Assembly: GCA_024679065.1 (NCBI GenBank)
Contig: JAGIQG010000040.1
Span: 8,928,001-8,991,421 of the forward strand
DNA length: 63,421 nucleotides
Reading direction: 5' to 3'
From: Sphyrna mokarran
Taxonomy: Eukaryota
Position numbers and translations under genes: made by a program. Below, piece by piece: positions 1 through 11,363 of this stretch; position 1 is the first letter of the stretch; every line of letters starts with the position of its first letter. Under the pieces are notes generated by a model. That model searched no databases, was not told where the DNA came from, and worked only from the letters and a program-made list of their open reading frames with translations.

Positions 1-452
1 AGATTTAGTGAGTGAGGTTGAATGAGTGATGGTGTGTGAGTGTGGGTGGCTGAGTGACAGTGATTGATTGAGGGCGAGTGAGTGAGAGAGTGTGAGGGGG
101 AGTGAATGTGAATGAGTGATTGTGTGAGTGAGTGACTGGATGAGAGTGAGTGAATGGAGGTGAATGAGCAAATGTGTGAGTAAGTGAGGGTGGGAGGATA
201 AGTGAATCAGGTTGTGTGATTGATGTTGAACGAGTGAAGTTGAATGAGGGTGTGTGAGTGAGTGAGGTTAAGTGAGTGAGGATGAATGAGAGTGAGTGAC
301 CAAATATGAGTGAATGATTGTCACTGAGTGAGTGTGTGAGGATGAGTGAGGGAAATTGTCGTGTGTAAGTGAGGATTAGTAAGGGAAGTTCTTTGAGTGA
401 GGATGAGAGATTGAGGATGAGTAACTGTGGGTGAGGGTGAGAGAGTCAGTGA
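1..452. repeat. degenerate (TGAG)n/(GAGT)n microsatellite
   Basis: Continuous gtgagtgagt/gaatgagtga-type units. Confidence 0.9.
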
Positions 453-1019
453 GCTACTTCCTCCTCTTTCTCTCCATCGATCTTTTCCCGATTCTCTACA
501 TTGATCAGCTTTCAGTAACAGGGCTGTGTAAAGTCAGGAATCAGTGTAGATCACCGGGCATCTGCTTTAATGTCAGTGCCTTTCTTTAAGAAACACGGAT
601 CAGTGAACAAATAGACAGACTGAGGGAGCTGGAAGGGAAGCTTACAGCAAAACTAGTGTCACACAGGAATCAAACACCAAGTCTACTCCATTATTGGGGA
701 GCCAGACGGACTTTGTCCCAGCCAGATCTCTTCATATTTATTGCGTCTTTCTGTCCAGTGCAACGCATGGAAATTCCTACTTCTGATCTCATGTTGGATG
801 AAATGTGTCATTGATGAAGCAATAAAAGATTGTAGGTTCCAGAACAGTCCCCTGCCAAACTCCTTCAATGATATCTCAACTTAGACGTTTAACCTCCAAC
901 AACCATTACCATCTTGCCTTGTGCTATATATGCCTCCAATGAGAGAAGATTTTCCCGCCAGAACTTATTTGCTTAAGTTTTACTCAGGTTCCTCGATCTC
1001 ACTCTCATTCAAATGCTCC

Positions 1020-1215
1020 TGGTTCCTTCCACAGTCCACAAATGTTCAGGTTCAGTGGATTGGCCATGCTAAATTGCCCCTTAGTTTCAGAGGGACTAGT
1101 TAGAGTAAATATATTGGTTATGGGGAATGGGCTTTTGTGAGATTGTTGTCAATGCAGACTCGATGAGCTGAATGGCCTCCATCTGCATTGTAGGATCCTG
1201 TGATTCTATTCTATG
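1020..1215 (+). mobile_element. V-SINE/HE1-like SINE, 3' part
   Basis: ttccttccacagtccacaaatgttcaggttcagtggattggccatgctaaattgcccc...gaatggcctcc, ending in a (tgattct)-like tail; the same family recurs elsewhere in the window. Confidence 0.75.
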
Positions 1216-1239
1216 AAGTCAACGACATTTACTCTGGCG

Positions 1240-2050
1240 TATGTGAATGGAAAGTGTGTAAGAAGGTGTTTATGTGTGTGTGTGTGTCTGTCTGTGTTTC
1301 TGTGTGTGATACAGAAAGATGGTGAATGTGTGCATGTGGGGTACAACATGCCTATTGGAAAGCAAGATAATATGTTCATGAGTGTGTGAAAGTATGCATG
1401 GGATTGTGTGTGAGTGAGAAAGGTGTGTGGAATGTGTACAATGTGTTTGAGTTGTAAGAGTGAGTGAGAATGCATGTGCGAGTTTGGGCTTATGTGACAG
1501 ACTGGCTGTGTGGAAGAGTGTGTGTTCGAGAGTGCGCATGGGTCTAAGTTTGTGAAGAGTGTTTGTGAGCGAGCTAGTACGTGAGAGCAAAAAATGTGCG
1601 AGATAGTGTGTGCAAGAGAGAAATATATGCGTACGTGTGAAATAGAGAGAATGAGAGAGATGCATGTGCAAGAGGAATTGTGAGAGAGTGTGTGTGAATA
1701 AGTGTGAGACAACAGATTGTGACAGAGTGTGGGAGAGAGAATGTGTGTGCGAGAGCGCGAGACCGTGCTTGTGTGTGTGTGTGTGTGTGTGTGTGCATGT
1801 GTCTGCGTGTAAGAGAGAACGTGTTTGGGGGTATGTGCATGTGAGTGTTTTGTGTACGAAGGTCTGAAAGACTGACTAAGAGAGCGAGAGTATGTATGTA
1901 TCTGTATTTGAGAGAGTGTATACAGACTGTGAAAGAAAGAGAATGTTGTGAGAAATATAGAATGAAAAAGAAAGTAAGTGTGCGTACATATGTGTGCATG
2001 TGTGAGAGAATATGAGTGCATGTATCTGTGTATTTATGTGTGTGAAAGTG
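1240..2050. repeat. TG/GA-rich low-complexity tract
   Basis: Degenerate (TG)n/(GA)n; source of the His/Thr-rich spurious ORFs such as 1206..2021. Confidence 0.9.
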
Positions 2051-2459
2051 TATGAATTATATAAATTTCTATCTGGCTGATTTAGTCCAGTAAAGAACAC
2101 TCACTCCACAAATACTCACTCGCACAGTGAGTGGGAGTGACAAGTACTGCGGGCCAAGGGTTGGAAAAAACAGTTGAATCTTTCACAAGTCAGTTACAAT
2201 TAAATGATTTCCTTTTTCCTCAATGAGTGAAACCTGTAAAATCTCACGAAATTTGACACAATCCAGGGCAAAGCCATCCACAAGATTACCTGCCTCCTCA
2301 TTCACCCTATTCAGTCCTTCCATCACTCACAAGCAGTGTCAGCAGTGTGTATTAATTGCAACATGCACTGCAGCAATTCACCAAGACTCCATAGAAATAC
2401 TGCCCAAACCCGCTCCCTTTACATTGCAACAGGGCAAAGGCAGCAACCACATATGAACG

Positions 2460-2670
2460 CTATCACGTGTAAGCTCTCTCCAAAGCACACACTATCCTGA
2501 CTTGAAACAATATCTAAGTTCGTTCATAGTCGCTGGGTCAAAATCCTGGAATTTCCTGCCCAACAGCAAGGCGGATGCCTGCAGCATATGGACTGCAGTC
2601 ATTCGAGGATGTTTCATATCAACACTTTGTGAACGAAAAATTAGGGAATATTACAAATTCCAACAGAGCA
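2460..2670 (+). mobile_element. old LINE/SINE 3' tail (Deu-SINE/L2-CR1 type)
   Basis: ctgacttgaaacaatatc...gctgggtcaaaatcctggaatt...ggactgcag; homologous to 23280-23470, 24440-24650 and 62500-62625. Confidence 0.55.
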
Positions 2671-3315
2671 AATGATTCTAAAATGCTTCTAAAAATTAAA
2701 TTAAGGTGAATTTGACCCTTCAATTATCATACTAAACAAATCAGGGACTGCTGCAGTACGGAGGACAATATAATACACCTCACTTTGCATTTGTTCATCG
2801 AACATTCCCAAAGACATCACTGCTTAAATATGACCCAATTCTCCCTCTACAGCCTGATGTTTTGCTCTCTGATAGTCACAATACGCTTTCAGGATCCCAT
2901 TTCTGAGACACCGAGTCAAACTATCACATTTCTCACAGATACAGGTGTATTGAATAAATATATCTCACTCCTTGAAATGCAGGAGAAGGAACCAGAAAAT
3001 TTACAACCAGCCAGACAAATTCCTGGTTCCAACACAGTGAGCACGCGCACAGAAACAGAATAGACACAAAGGGTGCATCAGCCAAGTTCCCAGCAGGTTG
3101 AGCTGTTCCATCTGTTAATTTCATTCAAACTGTTGGATTCCAATTGATAATGGTCAAATTACAACAGCAGAACATCAATGACCTACTTTAAATTAAACTG
3201 ATCTTCATTTCAGAACTCTTTCCCATTTTTAATTATTTATCTGTCTCGTTTCTCGAAAACTATGTAAAATGTAATTTCGCTGAAAATGAGCATTCAAAAA
3301 CAACAGATTCAGGAC

Positions 3316-3543
3316 AGTTCAATGTCCCGCACAGAGATGCAGTTACACAGTAACAGTTCAATGCCCCTAACAGAGATGCAGTAACACTGTAACATTTCAA
3401 CGTCCCTACAGAGATGCAGGAACACTGTAACATTTCAATGTCCCTACAGAGATACAGTAACACTGTAACATTTCAATGTCCCTACAGAGATAAAGTAACA
3501 CTAACAATTCAATGTCTTTACAGCGATGCAGAGACTCTGTAAG
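3316..3543. repeat. ~38-bp minisatellite, about 6 copies
   Basis: Unit approx. atttcaatgtccctacagagatgcagtaacactgtaac repeated in tandem. Confidence 0.9.
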
Positions 3544-4220
3544 AAGTAGGACGATAGGACGAGGGGTCATGGCCTTAGGGTGAGGGGGGCTATGTATAAG
3601 ACGAATATTAGAGGGCAGTTTTTCACACAAAGGGTAGTGGGGGTGTGGAATGCACTGCCGAGTAAGGTGGTGGGAGCAGGCACGCTAGGGCTGTTTAAGG
3701 GCCTCTTGGACAGCCACATGAGCGTTATGCAGATAGAGGGATATAGTAGGACTGTTTAACTACGGCTTTTTTTTCCACAGGTAATTCGGTCCATACTTGA
3801 CCAACAAGGAGCATGCTTTCGGCAGGTGGTGCGAGGACAGCTCTTGGATGTTGATTCATAGGTTGCCTCGTGCTTCATGTCGTAAATGAGTGCTTTATCT
3901 GTACCATCTGATGGGCACCATGACAGCTCAGTGACTATCGCTGTAGCTGTGCAGACACTTGGAATTGGGCCGGTGTCTGCGGGAGTTTGCGCGTTCTCCC
4001 CGTGGTTGCGTGGGTTTTCTCCAGGCACTCCGGTTTCCTCCCACATCCCAAAAATTCGCTCTTAGGCTGATTGGGAAACAAATTGTCCCTACATTGAGAC
4101 TCTTCCATGTTAGGAATAACCTAAAATTAGAATAGGATAATGGAATTGTTCTAATATAGTTATGACGGCGGCACTGGCTCGTTGGGCCGAAGGGCCTGTT
4201 TCCCGTGCTGTGTTGCTCTA
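3544..4220 (+). mobile_element. CR1-type LINE 3' end with long 3' UTR containing a V-SINE-like core
   Basis: ORF2 C-terminus (RTRGHGLRVRG...FFTQRVVGVWNALP), then a shared UTR block, the gagtttgcgcgttctccccgtggttgcgtgggttt core and the gggccgaagggcctgt 3' motif. Confidence 0.85.
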
Positions 4221-7200
4221 AAAAAAAGTAAACAAACCAATAAATATTTACATTGAAAATCATTGCCTGATTCGATCTAATTTCTTAATTAAATGTAATT
4301 AAGAAAATCATCAAGACAAAACACTTTATTGAACTAAGTACAGCTGAATAAAGCAATGTTTTGCTTCTGAATTCATTTTGATACAATTAAATACTCTCTA
4401 TGACAGATTGCATTTTGCACGGCAGTACAATATTCATGGTCTTTTGTTTTAAATTAATCTGCATCAATATCATATTTTAAGTTACTGTTAATTGCCAGTT
4501 GATTTGTACTCTAATAAAATGAGTCTTTAATCATTCAAACGCCCTTCTGCCCCCAACATTGTTAAATAATTAGATTACAATTAAATCTTAAACAATTTAA
4601 ACAATAATTACAAATTACTGAATGGAGATATTCAGACCTCTGTCATTCATTTACTTAAATCTATTCACATTGCAATATTTCACTTTTACTACACTGTCTT
4701 CTTGTAACCTAGAAACATGTTAAAAATGCATACTACTGTGTTTGTATAGACTGTAACTGTCTGGCACTTTAAAATCAATAATACTACTTCCTAGATATAG
4801 TAATTTAGAGCATCCATATAGTTTAAATACTAAACACTCGTTTAATTAAAGAAAATCTGAATTAAACAGTGCAAACACAAATAAAATAATTGACTCAAAT
4901 CCTCCGTAATACTAAAACATGGTACAGAATATAAACCGAGAGCTTTTCTTCATGATTACATTTAATAAGAATTTAACATAAAGTTCAGATAGATTCAATA
5001 CTGTCATTTATTCTTTCTCTAATTCTATGCTGAGTTCAGCAGTAATGGGAGACATGATATTAAGTGCAGAACTAATGTTACTTGCATAATATTATGATAT
5101 TTTATATAAATTAATATTTTTGAATTTTAAGCATTTATTTGTCAAACCCGAACCAGTTTTTGTTGACAATTTACTACAACTCAAAAACAATCATGCCAGC
5201 AATTTTGATTGAGTGTCAGCGAATTCCATCTATCAGAAAACTCTGTTCACTCTGCCAAACTAAGCAAACTGTTTCATTCTAATTGATCAAAGGTCAAATT
5301 GCAACAGCAAAAAAAAAAAATAAAAAATTAAATTAATCTGATGTTCATTTTAAAACTGACTTTGCTTTTAACTATTTCTCCCTGTCTCTCTCAAATCCCC
5401 AAAACTGGGCAAAAATCTTTTTTTTCTGAAAATGAATACATAAAATATTAGAGATTCAAGGTAGTTAGTGTAATGTCCCTAACAAAGATACGATGAATTG
5501 TAATTCATGATTTATTTTAATATGTCAGCATCAGTTAACATGAATAAAATGTCCTAACATATATTTATTTTATTTTTTCCCGAAATCTTTTTTTTGTTTT
5601 AACCCTACAATAATATTCAAACGTACTTTTATTTCCATTTACCAAGAAACGCTCAGTATCACTGAGGTGAAACAGTCCAAAAACAATTGAAAAGCATTAA
5701 ACCATTTCACAAATTTTGAGATGAAATTAGTAATTAATTATCTGGATATCTAATTTAATCGAGGAAAAAAAATACTTGGAAGGAATAATCTGGTTGCAGC
5801 TGCCAAAAAATTGCCAAAAAGTAACGTCTTTTTCTGCAAAACTCGTATTTTAGTGAATGCAAACTTAATCTGGGATGTAACGATTAATGTAAAGTATCTT
5901 ATTCAACTGAGCGCGGCTGTGAAAACATCATGTTGTCATTGAAATAGCTTCTGAAATTGTCACAAAATATTTTTAGTTTTGAAATTTTTCTTCTCATGTT
6001 AATTGTGCGAAAAGCACAACAAAACCTTTAAAGGGAATTGTTAAATTATTAACTTAAAATAATCTTAGGTGAATCTGGAGTTATATTACTGATTAATAAT
6101 TGTTTGATTTATAATATTTTTAATATAAAACTTGTTCATTGGAAGCTTGTGATTGCAGCAAAGACTTAGTGTCCGAATGAGCGTTGTAAGTCATGATTTA
6201 CTTGAATTTGAGAGTGTTAGTTAAAATTTATAAAAATGCTGTGATATGTTTTTTTTTCAAACATGCTTGTTTTCTCCCTACAAGGATTTTCAAACTCAAA
6301 GATTGTTTGTGTTCAACCAGAAAACATTAAAACACTATTTAAACAACGCAGAAATAATGCCACAAAGCCAAACCATTTCACAAATTTTAAACATAGCCAG
6401 TGACTGCACCACATAATCTCGTCAGCAGAAACACAACAAAATGCATCAATGAGGGAATGTTTCACGGAAAAGCAGCTCAATATCCATTCAACAGAATCAA
6501 ATGTAATATTGCAAAAAATCTCAATATCGAATGGAGCAAACCAGCTCTTAACCAATTATTAAACTAAACAAAAATCTGGAATAATCGCAATGACACTGCG
6601 AGGAGGTGGGATATACCCAACAAATTGAAACTTTATTACATTTTATTCCTACTGGGTCATATTTCAAACATATTTAAACATTTGGATGGTAAAAGTTCCA
6701 GCCATGAAATGCCACCGAGATTAAACATTGCAGGTACCCCAAATCGTGAATGAAGTGACAAACTATGTTCTGAACGAGTGGCGTAAGCCGCTTCACTAAA
6801 AAATTTAAAAATACACATACAATAAAGCCTGCTTTATTTCTGTCTGCAGTTATGCATCAAGCAGTTGCAAACCACAGAATGTTCGCGTTCAATCACAAAA
6901 CGTGTAACGGCTCAGTCTCACTGAGTTCAAACAATGCAGAAACACCAAATTAATTCACAAATTTTACATATTTAAAATCACCCAAATACATAATCTCCTC
7001 ACCAGAAAAAAAGACGCATCGCTGAAATACTGAACACCATTTCATGCAGAAGCAGCACAATTCTACAAACACTTACAACAGAATCAAAAGTAACATTGAC
7101 AGAAATGCGTCATATAAATTCCAGCCAATTCGATCATCACCAAAGTAATTAATGTTTGCAATAACCAGAAAATATTGGATAGCAGCACCAGCATTGTGTG

Positions 7201-7625
7201 AATGGAACATTTTCACCAGATAAATTTAGAAATTTTAGAACGTTTTAAAAAATATTGTGTTAGATTTCAAACACTTGTGTATAGATAGTACAACTCGTAG
7301 CCACTAGATGTCACAGAGCTTAAACATTGCAGAAACGCTGCATTGTTTAACAGACGTTCGGCTTTTAAGGTAACCCAGCCACACAATAACCTCAACAGAT
7401 AAACACAAAATCACATCAACTTTTGGAATTGAATCTCCCAGCAGCATCTATTGTCAAGAAACAGTGGAATTCTAAAGCCTCTTTGAGGCAGAATCACAAG
7501 AAAAATTGAAAAATTCTCAATCGAAAATCCACCAAACCCATATTTATGTTACTAAATAGATTATTAGTATAGACAAATATATAAAGCAAAGGCGCATATA
7601 AACTCAATAAGTGCATGGTTCTTAC

Positions 7626-7673
7626 CTGTAGTCACCGTCACCATGGTGCCTTGTCCCCAGTAGTCGTAGTAGT
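7626..7673 (-). CDS. IGHJ: IgH joining (JH) segment
   Basis: Minus strand ACTACTACGACTACTGGGGACAAGGCACCATGGTGACGGTGACTACAG encodes YYDYWGQGTMVTVTT (WGxG motif), followed by a GTAAG donor (7625-7621). Confidence 0.97.
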
Positions 7674-7712
7674 CACAGTGTCACATTCCCTGAGCTGTGT
7701 CATACAACAACC
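7674..7712 (+). promoter_or_regulatory. JH 23-RSS
   Basis: Heptamer CACAGTG 7674-7680, 23-nt spacer, nonamer ACAACAACC 7704-7712. Confidence 0.95.
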
Positions 7713-8019
7713 GTCCCTGAAAAAAAAGACACAAAACCATCATTCTTTTAAATATCCACAAACCAGAAGAAAAGCAAAGTCAGTTAATGTTCATTAAATT
7801 ATAATTCCATTTCTGGACATCATTTACCATTCATAAGTGACACTAATGTTTTATATTTCATAGAATAACACATGAACATGTTGAAAACACCAACTACTAA
7901 TTGAGTAATTATCAAGATTTTCCATTTTCATTCTTGTCATGCGGTCAGTGCTGGACATAAATAACACTGTACTGAGATTCTACTTGGAATTTAAAAGTGA
8001 CAGTCAATCAGTGCTGAAG

Positions 8020-8047
8020 GATTTTTGTATTGACAGTAACTGCTGTG
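8020..8047 (-). promoter_or_regulatory. D2 J-side 12-RSS
   Basis: Minus strand heptamer CACAGCA (8047-8041), 12-nt spacer, nonamer ACAAAAATC (8028-8020). Confidence 0.92.
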
Positions 8048-8059
8048 CTATCCAGTTAT
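8048..8059 (-). CDS. IGHD: IgH diversity segment D2 (ATAACTGGATAG)
   Basis: 12 nt flanked by two 12-RSS, ~370 nt from J. Confidence 0.93.
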   Translation of the reverse strand: MTG

Positions 8060-8087
8060 CACAGTGAGACACAGCATGACAAATACT
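8060..8087 (+). promoter_or_regulatory. D2 V-side 12-RSS
   Basis: CACAGTG 8060-8066, 12-nt spacer, ACAAATACT 8079-8087. Confidence 0.92.
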
Positions 8088-8388
8088 GAGGCAGACTGTT
8101 AAATATAAAATTCAGATAATTAATTTCACTGATATTTCAAAAGTCTGTTTCCACCTCATTAAGAGTAGGTCAGTGAGATATTTCATTTCTTTTTAACAGT
8201 CATTGTATTCATAAAGGGGGTTAGAAACTTTTACACTCTCTGTGCACATTCAGCATGTAATCAATAACAATAAAGTTGAAGTATTTTACATCATAAATGC
8301 TGCTTCTACCTATTATTTTGTTGAACTCTCGTTAGTTTGGCATTCGGCAATGGCATTGATCATAAATTTAAGCAAACTCCGTCTCTGA

Positions 8389-8426
8389 GATTTTTGTATG
8401 AGGATGTTGCTTTGCTAAGCATTGTG
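8389..8426 (-). promoter_or_regulatory. D1 J-side 22-RSS
   Basis: Minus strand CACAATG (8426-8420), 22-nt spacer, ACAAAAATC (8397-8389). Confidence 0.92.
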
Positions 8427-8440
8427 GCCCCCGGTAATAT
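8427..8440 (-). CDS. IGHD: IgH diversity segment D1 (ATATTACCGGGGGC)
   Basis: 14 nt between a 12-RSS and a 22-RSS, the typical elasmobranch D1 configuration. Confidence 0.93.
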
Positions 8441-8468
8441 CACAGTGACACAGGCCCGGACAAAAACT
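8441..8468 (+). promoter_or_regulatory. D1 V-side 12-RSS
   Basis: CACAGTG 8441-8447, 12-nt spacer, ACAAAAACT 8460-8468. Confidence 0.94.
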
Positions 8469-8816
8469 GCACTCACTTTGTTCAGTACTGCCGCTCAATA
8501 TTCATTTCAAATGGAGCATTAATTCTGTTCTAATTTAAAATGTAGACAGCTGTTCATATAACACAATCTACGAGAAATGTTAAAACGGTTAATATATCCA
8601 GCGCTGTACTTGCTGAAACGACAATAAATATAAAGTCAGTGAAAAGCTCACCCCATTAATATCGGTAAGTTTGTTAAAGTGTTCTGTTAAATGCTTTCTT
8701 TGTTACTTTTTTAAAAAAAGATTATGGTTTGGTTCTGACCACTGTCGTTAATATTACATTTAAAACAGATATTTACCTTCAGATTATGTTGGAAGTTGCT
8801 GAATTCCCTCTCGAGT

Positions 8817-8855
8817 TGTTCTTGTTCGGGTGCAGCCCTGGATCCTCTCGCTGTG
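8817..8855 (-). promoter_or_regulatory. VH 23-RSS
   Basis: Minus strand CACAGCG (8855-8849), 23-nt spacer, ACAAGAACA (8825-8817). Confidence 0.92.
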
Positions 8856-9163
8856 GTGTCTTGCACAGTAATAGATGGCGGTGTCTTCGGTCTTCAGGCT
8901 CGTCATGTCCAAAGAGAAGATATTGTTTGAAGTGTCTTTGGACGCAGTAAATCGATCCTTAATTGATGGGGCATAGTAATTGCTGCTGGATGAACTTAAA
9001 TAGCTAACTTGCAACTCCAGCCCCTGTCCGGGAACCTGTCGGATCCAGCTCATCCAGTAGCTGCCAAGATCGGAGCCGCTGGTTTTACAGGTCAGTTTCA
9101 GGGAGCCTCCGGGATGCGCGGTCTCTGCCTCTGGCTGAGTCAACACAATCTCCGACTGGACAT
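8856..9163 (-). CDS. IGHV: IgM-type heavy-chain variable (VH) exon
   Basis: After a tttacag acceptor: (D)[101 protein letters not shown]. Both Cys, the core Trp and YYC are present and the frame is open. Confidence 0.97.
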
Positions 9164-9293
9164 CTGTAAAAAATATATCAAAAAGCCCAAGAATTAATCC
9201 TGATGAAATGATTGCTGTTTCTGAAACATTTCAGCGATAGACAAACAGGGAGACAGTGACAGTGAGAGATTTGGATAATAAAATAACACTGAC

Positions 9294-9339
9294 CAGATAA
9301 GATAGTCAGCAACAAACTGAGAGAAATCGCCGACCTCAT
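9294..9339 (-). CDS. IGHV: VH leader exon (MRSAISLSLLLTILS)
   Basis: ATG at 9339, hydrophobic 15 codons plus 1 nt, GT donor at 9293-9292; a 130-nt phase-1 intron splices in frame to the V exon. Confidence 0.93.
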
Positions 9340-9426
9340 CTTTCTGGTGATTTGGGTGAAATGATTGTGTTAGGAACTCAGTGAACAAACCAGCTCCCGG
9401 ACTGTTGGATTCCGGTCCCAGTGAGC

Positions 9427-9503
9427 GGTATTTAAATACCCGGCAGAAGGGGGCGGCTTTCCAGGCGCCGCCTGTTGATTCCCTGCTGGAGGCGGCGCCT
9501 GGA
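9427..9503 (-). promoter_or_regulatory. putative VH promoter (TATA-like palindrome and GC-rich inverted repeat)
   Basis: GGTATTTAAATACC ~90 nt upstream of the ATG; 14-bp inverted repeat at 9460-9473/9490-9503; no ATGCAAAT octamer nearby. Confidence 0.65.
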
Positions 9504-9837
9504 TCCACATCCCACCTTCCACACCCCCAACAGAATGGACTCCGAGATTTACAATAGGTTAATATTGAAATTGACATTTTATCTGTATCGAGATATTTGT
9601 TTGGCTGAATCAATTCATTGTAATGTCTCCACTATTTCTCATCATGATATTTCAATTTGTCATTTCTTTATTTAAAAAAAAACACTAATTGCATTGTAAA
9701 TATGGTTCTTTTCTTCCCACGCCCGTAATAAGAAATCAAATCTAAAAATGATGAAATTACACTTTCAGAAAGTAAAGGGGTCATCAGTCTATTTTACAAT
9801 AATTCTATCACATTACAATAATGAAGCATAATTTATC

Positions 9838-10016
9838 AGTCCAAACATGTGCGGGTTAGGTTGACTGGCAATGATAAATTGTCCCTTAATGTCAGGAGAC
9901 TTAGCAGGGTCAATATGTGGGGTTACGGGAATTAGGACAGGGCCTGCATGGGATTGTTATCACTGCAGGTTCGATGGGTCAAATGACCTCTTTCTGCACC
10001 GTAGCGATTCTATGAT
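9838..10016 (+). mobile_element. V-SINE/HE1-like SINE 3' fragment
   Basis: agtccaaacatgtgcgggttaggttgactggc...tcgatgggtcaaatgacctc...gattctatga. Confidence 0.75.
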
Positions 10017-10269
10017 AAGAGGAATTGTTATCGATTTCTGTAACTAAATGTGGCGGATGAACAAAGACATCCTACTTACAGTGTGGATGGCTATCATTGT
10101 ACATTTTGGCTTTGAAAATAACACGAGTTTCTTCGCATTATATAGTGTCTGCTGACATTTCTCAAAACGTCTCTGAGCGTAAGACAGCTCTGTGTAAATT
10201 AGGGATAAAACAAACCTGCCTGTTTGAAATTAAACAGTGAGCTGACAGAGAAACATAAAACTGACTGCG

Positions 10270-10935
10270 ACATTGACAGAGAATGTAATGAATTGGAACG
10301 CACAAGGCGATCAGTAAAGTTCTCCTTCAGCATCTAACGCATTACAGCTCATTATACTGGCCACCGGCTGTATAACATTCACTGGTATTGGGAACACAGG
10401 ATATCAGGGCTTTTTGGCACATTAAACATGATCACAAGAATAGGTGTTTTATCTTCAATTCAACCAGATTATGAACTGATCAATTATCCACTCATTGGCG
10501 ATTATGAGAGGGTTTGTTAAATAATCGAATTCAGGATACACTGTAAAAGAATACAGTGCTAATCAGGTATAAGAAACTCTGTCGCTTAAATGAGGTGTAA
10601 AATTTTCATTATATTTCAGCAGTCCCCGTTGTTCAAGGCAGTTTTATGATTTTTTAAAAAAATATATTTTTGCCATTACACTGATCTCATTAGATTGGGA
10701 GATTCTGACCATCAACATCTCTCTCTTTCGCACTTTGTGAAGTTTTTCACACAGTTTTTAATTGTTGGAATGGCATTTACTCGAAAGTTATACAAATGAA
10801 ACAGCATCTGATCAGTTTATGGTTTTCCGATAGTATTAATTCACACAATGAACAGAGCATTAAAGAAAATATTTGTTTAGAATCATTACGATTTAAAATG
10901 TGTTTTTATTGTAGGAATAAAACAATTATTGTTTA
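10270..10935. repeat. upstream homology block of VH (copy 1; copy 2 at ~17570-18225)
   Basis: Collinear matches, e.g. gttctccttcagc...cattacagctcatt, cactcattggc, gttaaataatcgaa, tcaggtataag, aatgaacag.gcatt, ggaataaaaca.ttattgt. Confidence 0.85.
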
Positions 10936-11363
10936 AATGGCTGCCTACATTAAACTCGCATGTGATTCTGTCTGTGTTACATCATACTGAGCTTGGATTA
11001 CAATCCAGGAGGTCGTATCTAAGTTTTTCCCGCATTCGGCTGAATATCACGTGTTCATATACGAGGCACAGGCCCTACTTGTTTTCTAATTTCTAAATTA
11101 TAGTTGTACTGACCATGTATCTACTTATTTGACAAGAGGCCTTGTCTCAATTATTACTGTCTCAGAAATTTTCCCACTGTAAACTAAATTGGACCAACTG
11201 CCTTCATACATTATAGATGTAACAGTTATTATGCTAATAGTTTATTATATTTTGATAAGCTAGCACCAGTTAACGCTGCACCAGTCCATGTATTTGTCTA
11301 TTTAAGACGGTGCCACTTTTCAGTTATTATTGCATTTTGCAATACCTTTAAATTGCTGCATTG

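Noticed and set aside
683-990. ORF 683..868 as a possible Ig constant exon
   Set aside because: No C1-set Cys/Trp pattern; the minus strand resembles decayed LINE RT (GVPQGSVLGP-like region).
1206-2100. Long His/Thr-rich ORFs (up to 271 aa)
   Set aside because: Translations of TG/GA low-complexity sequence.
2123-2148. Cryptic RSS CACAGTG-10 nt-ACAAGTACT in the J-C intron
   Set aside because: The spacer is only 10 nt, and there is no adjacent coding segment or partner RSS.
3316-3543. CRISPR-like or switch-region-like array
   Set aside because: Head-to-tail minisatellite without unique spacers, in eukaryotic context, and not rich in AGCT/G-run motifs.
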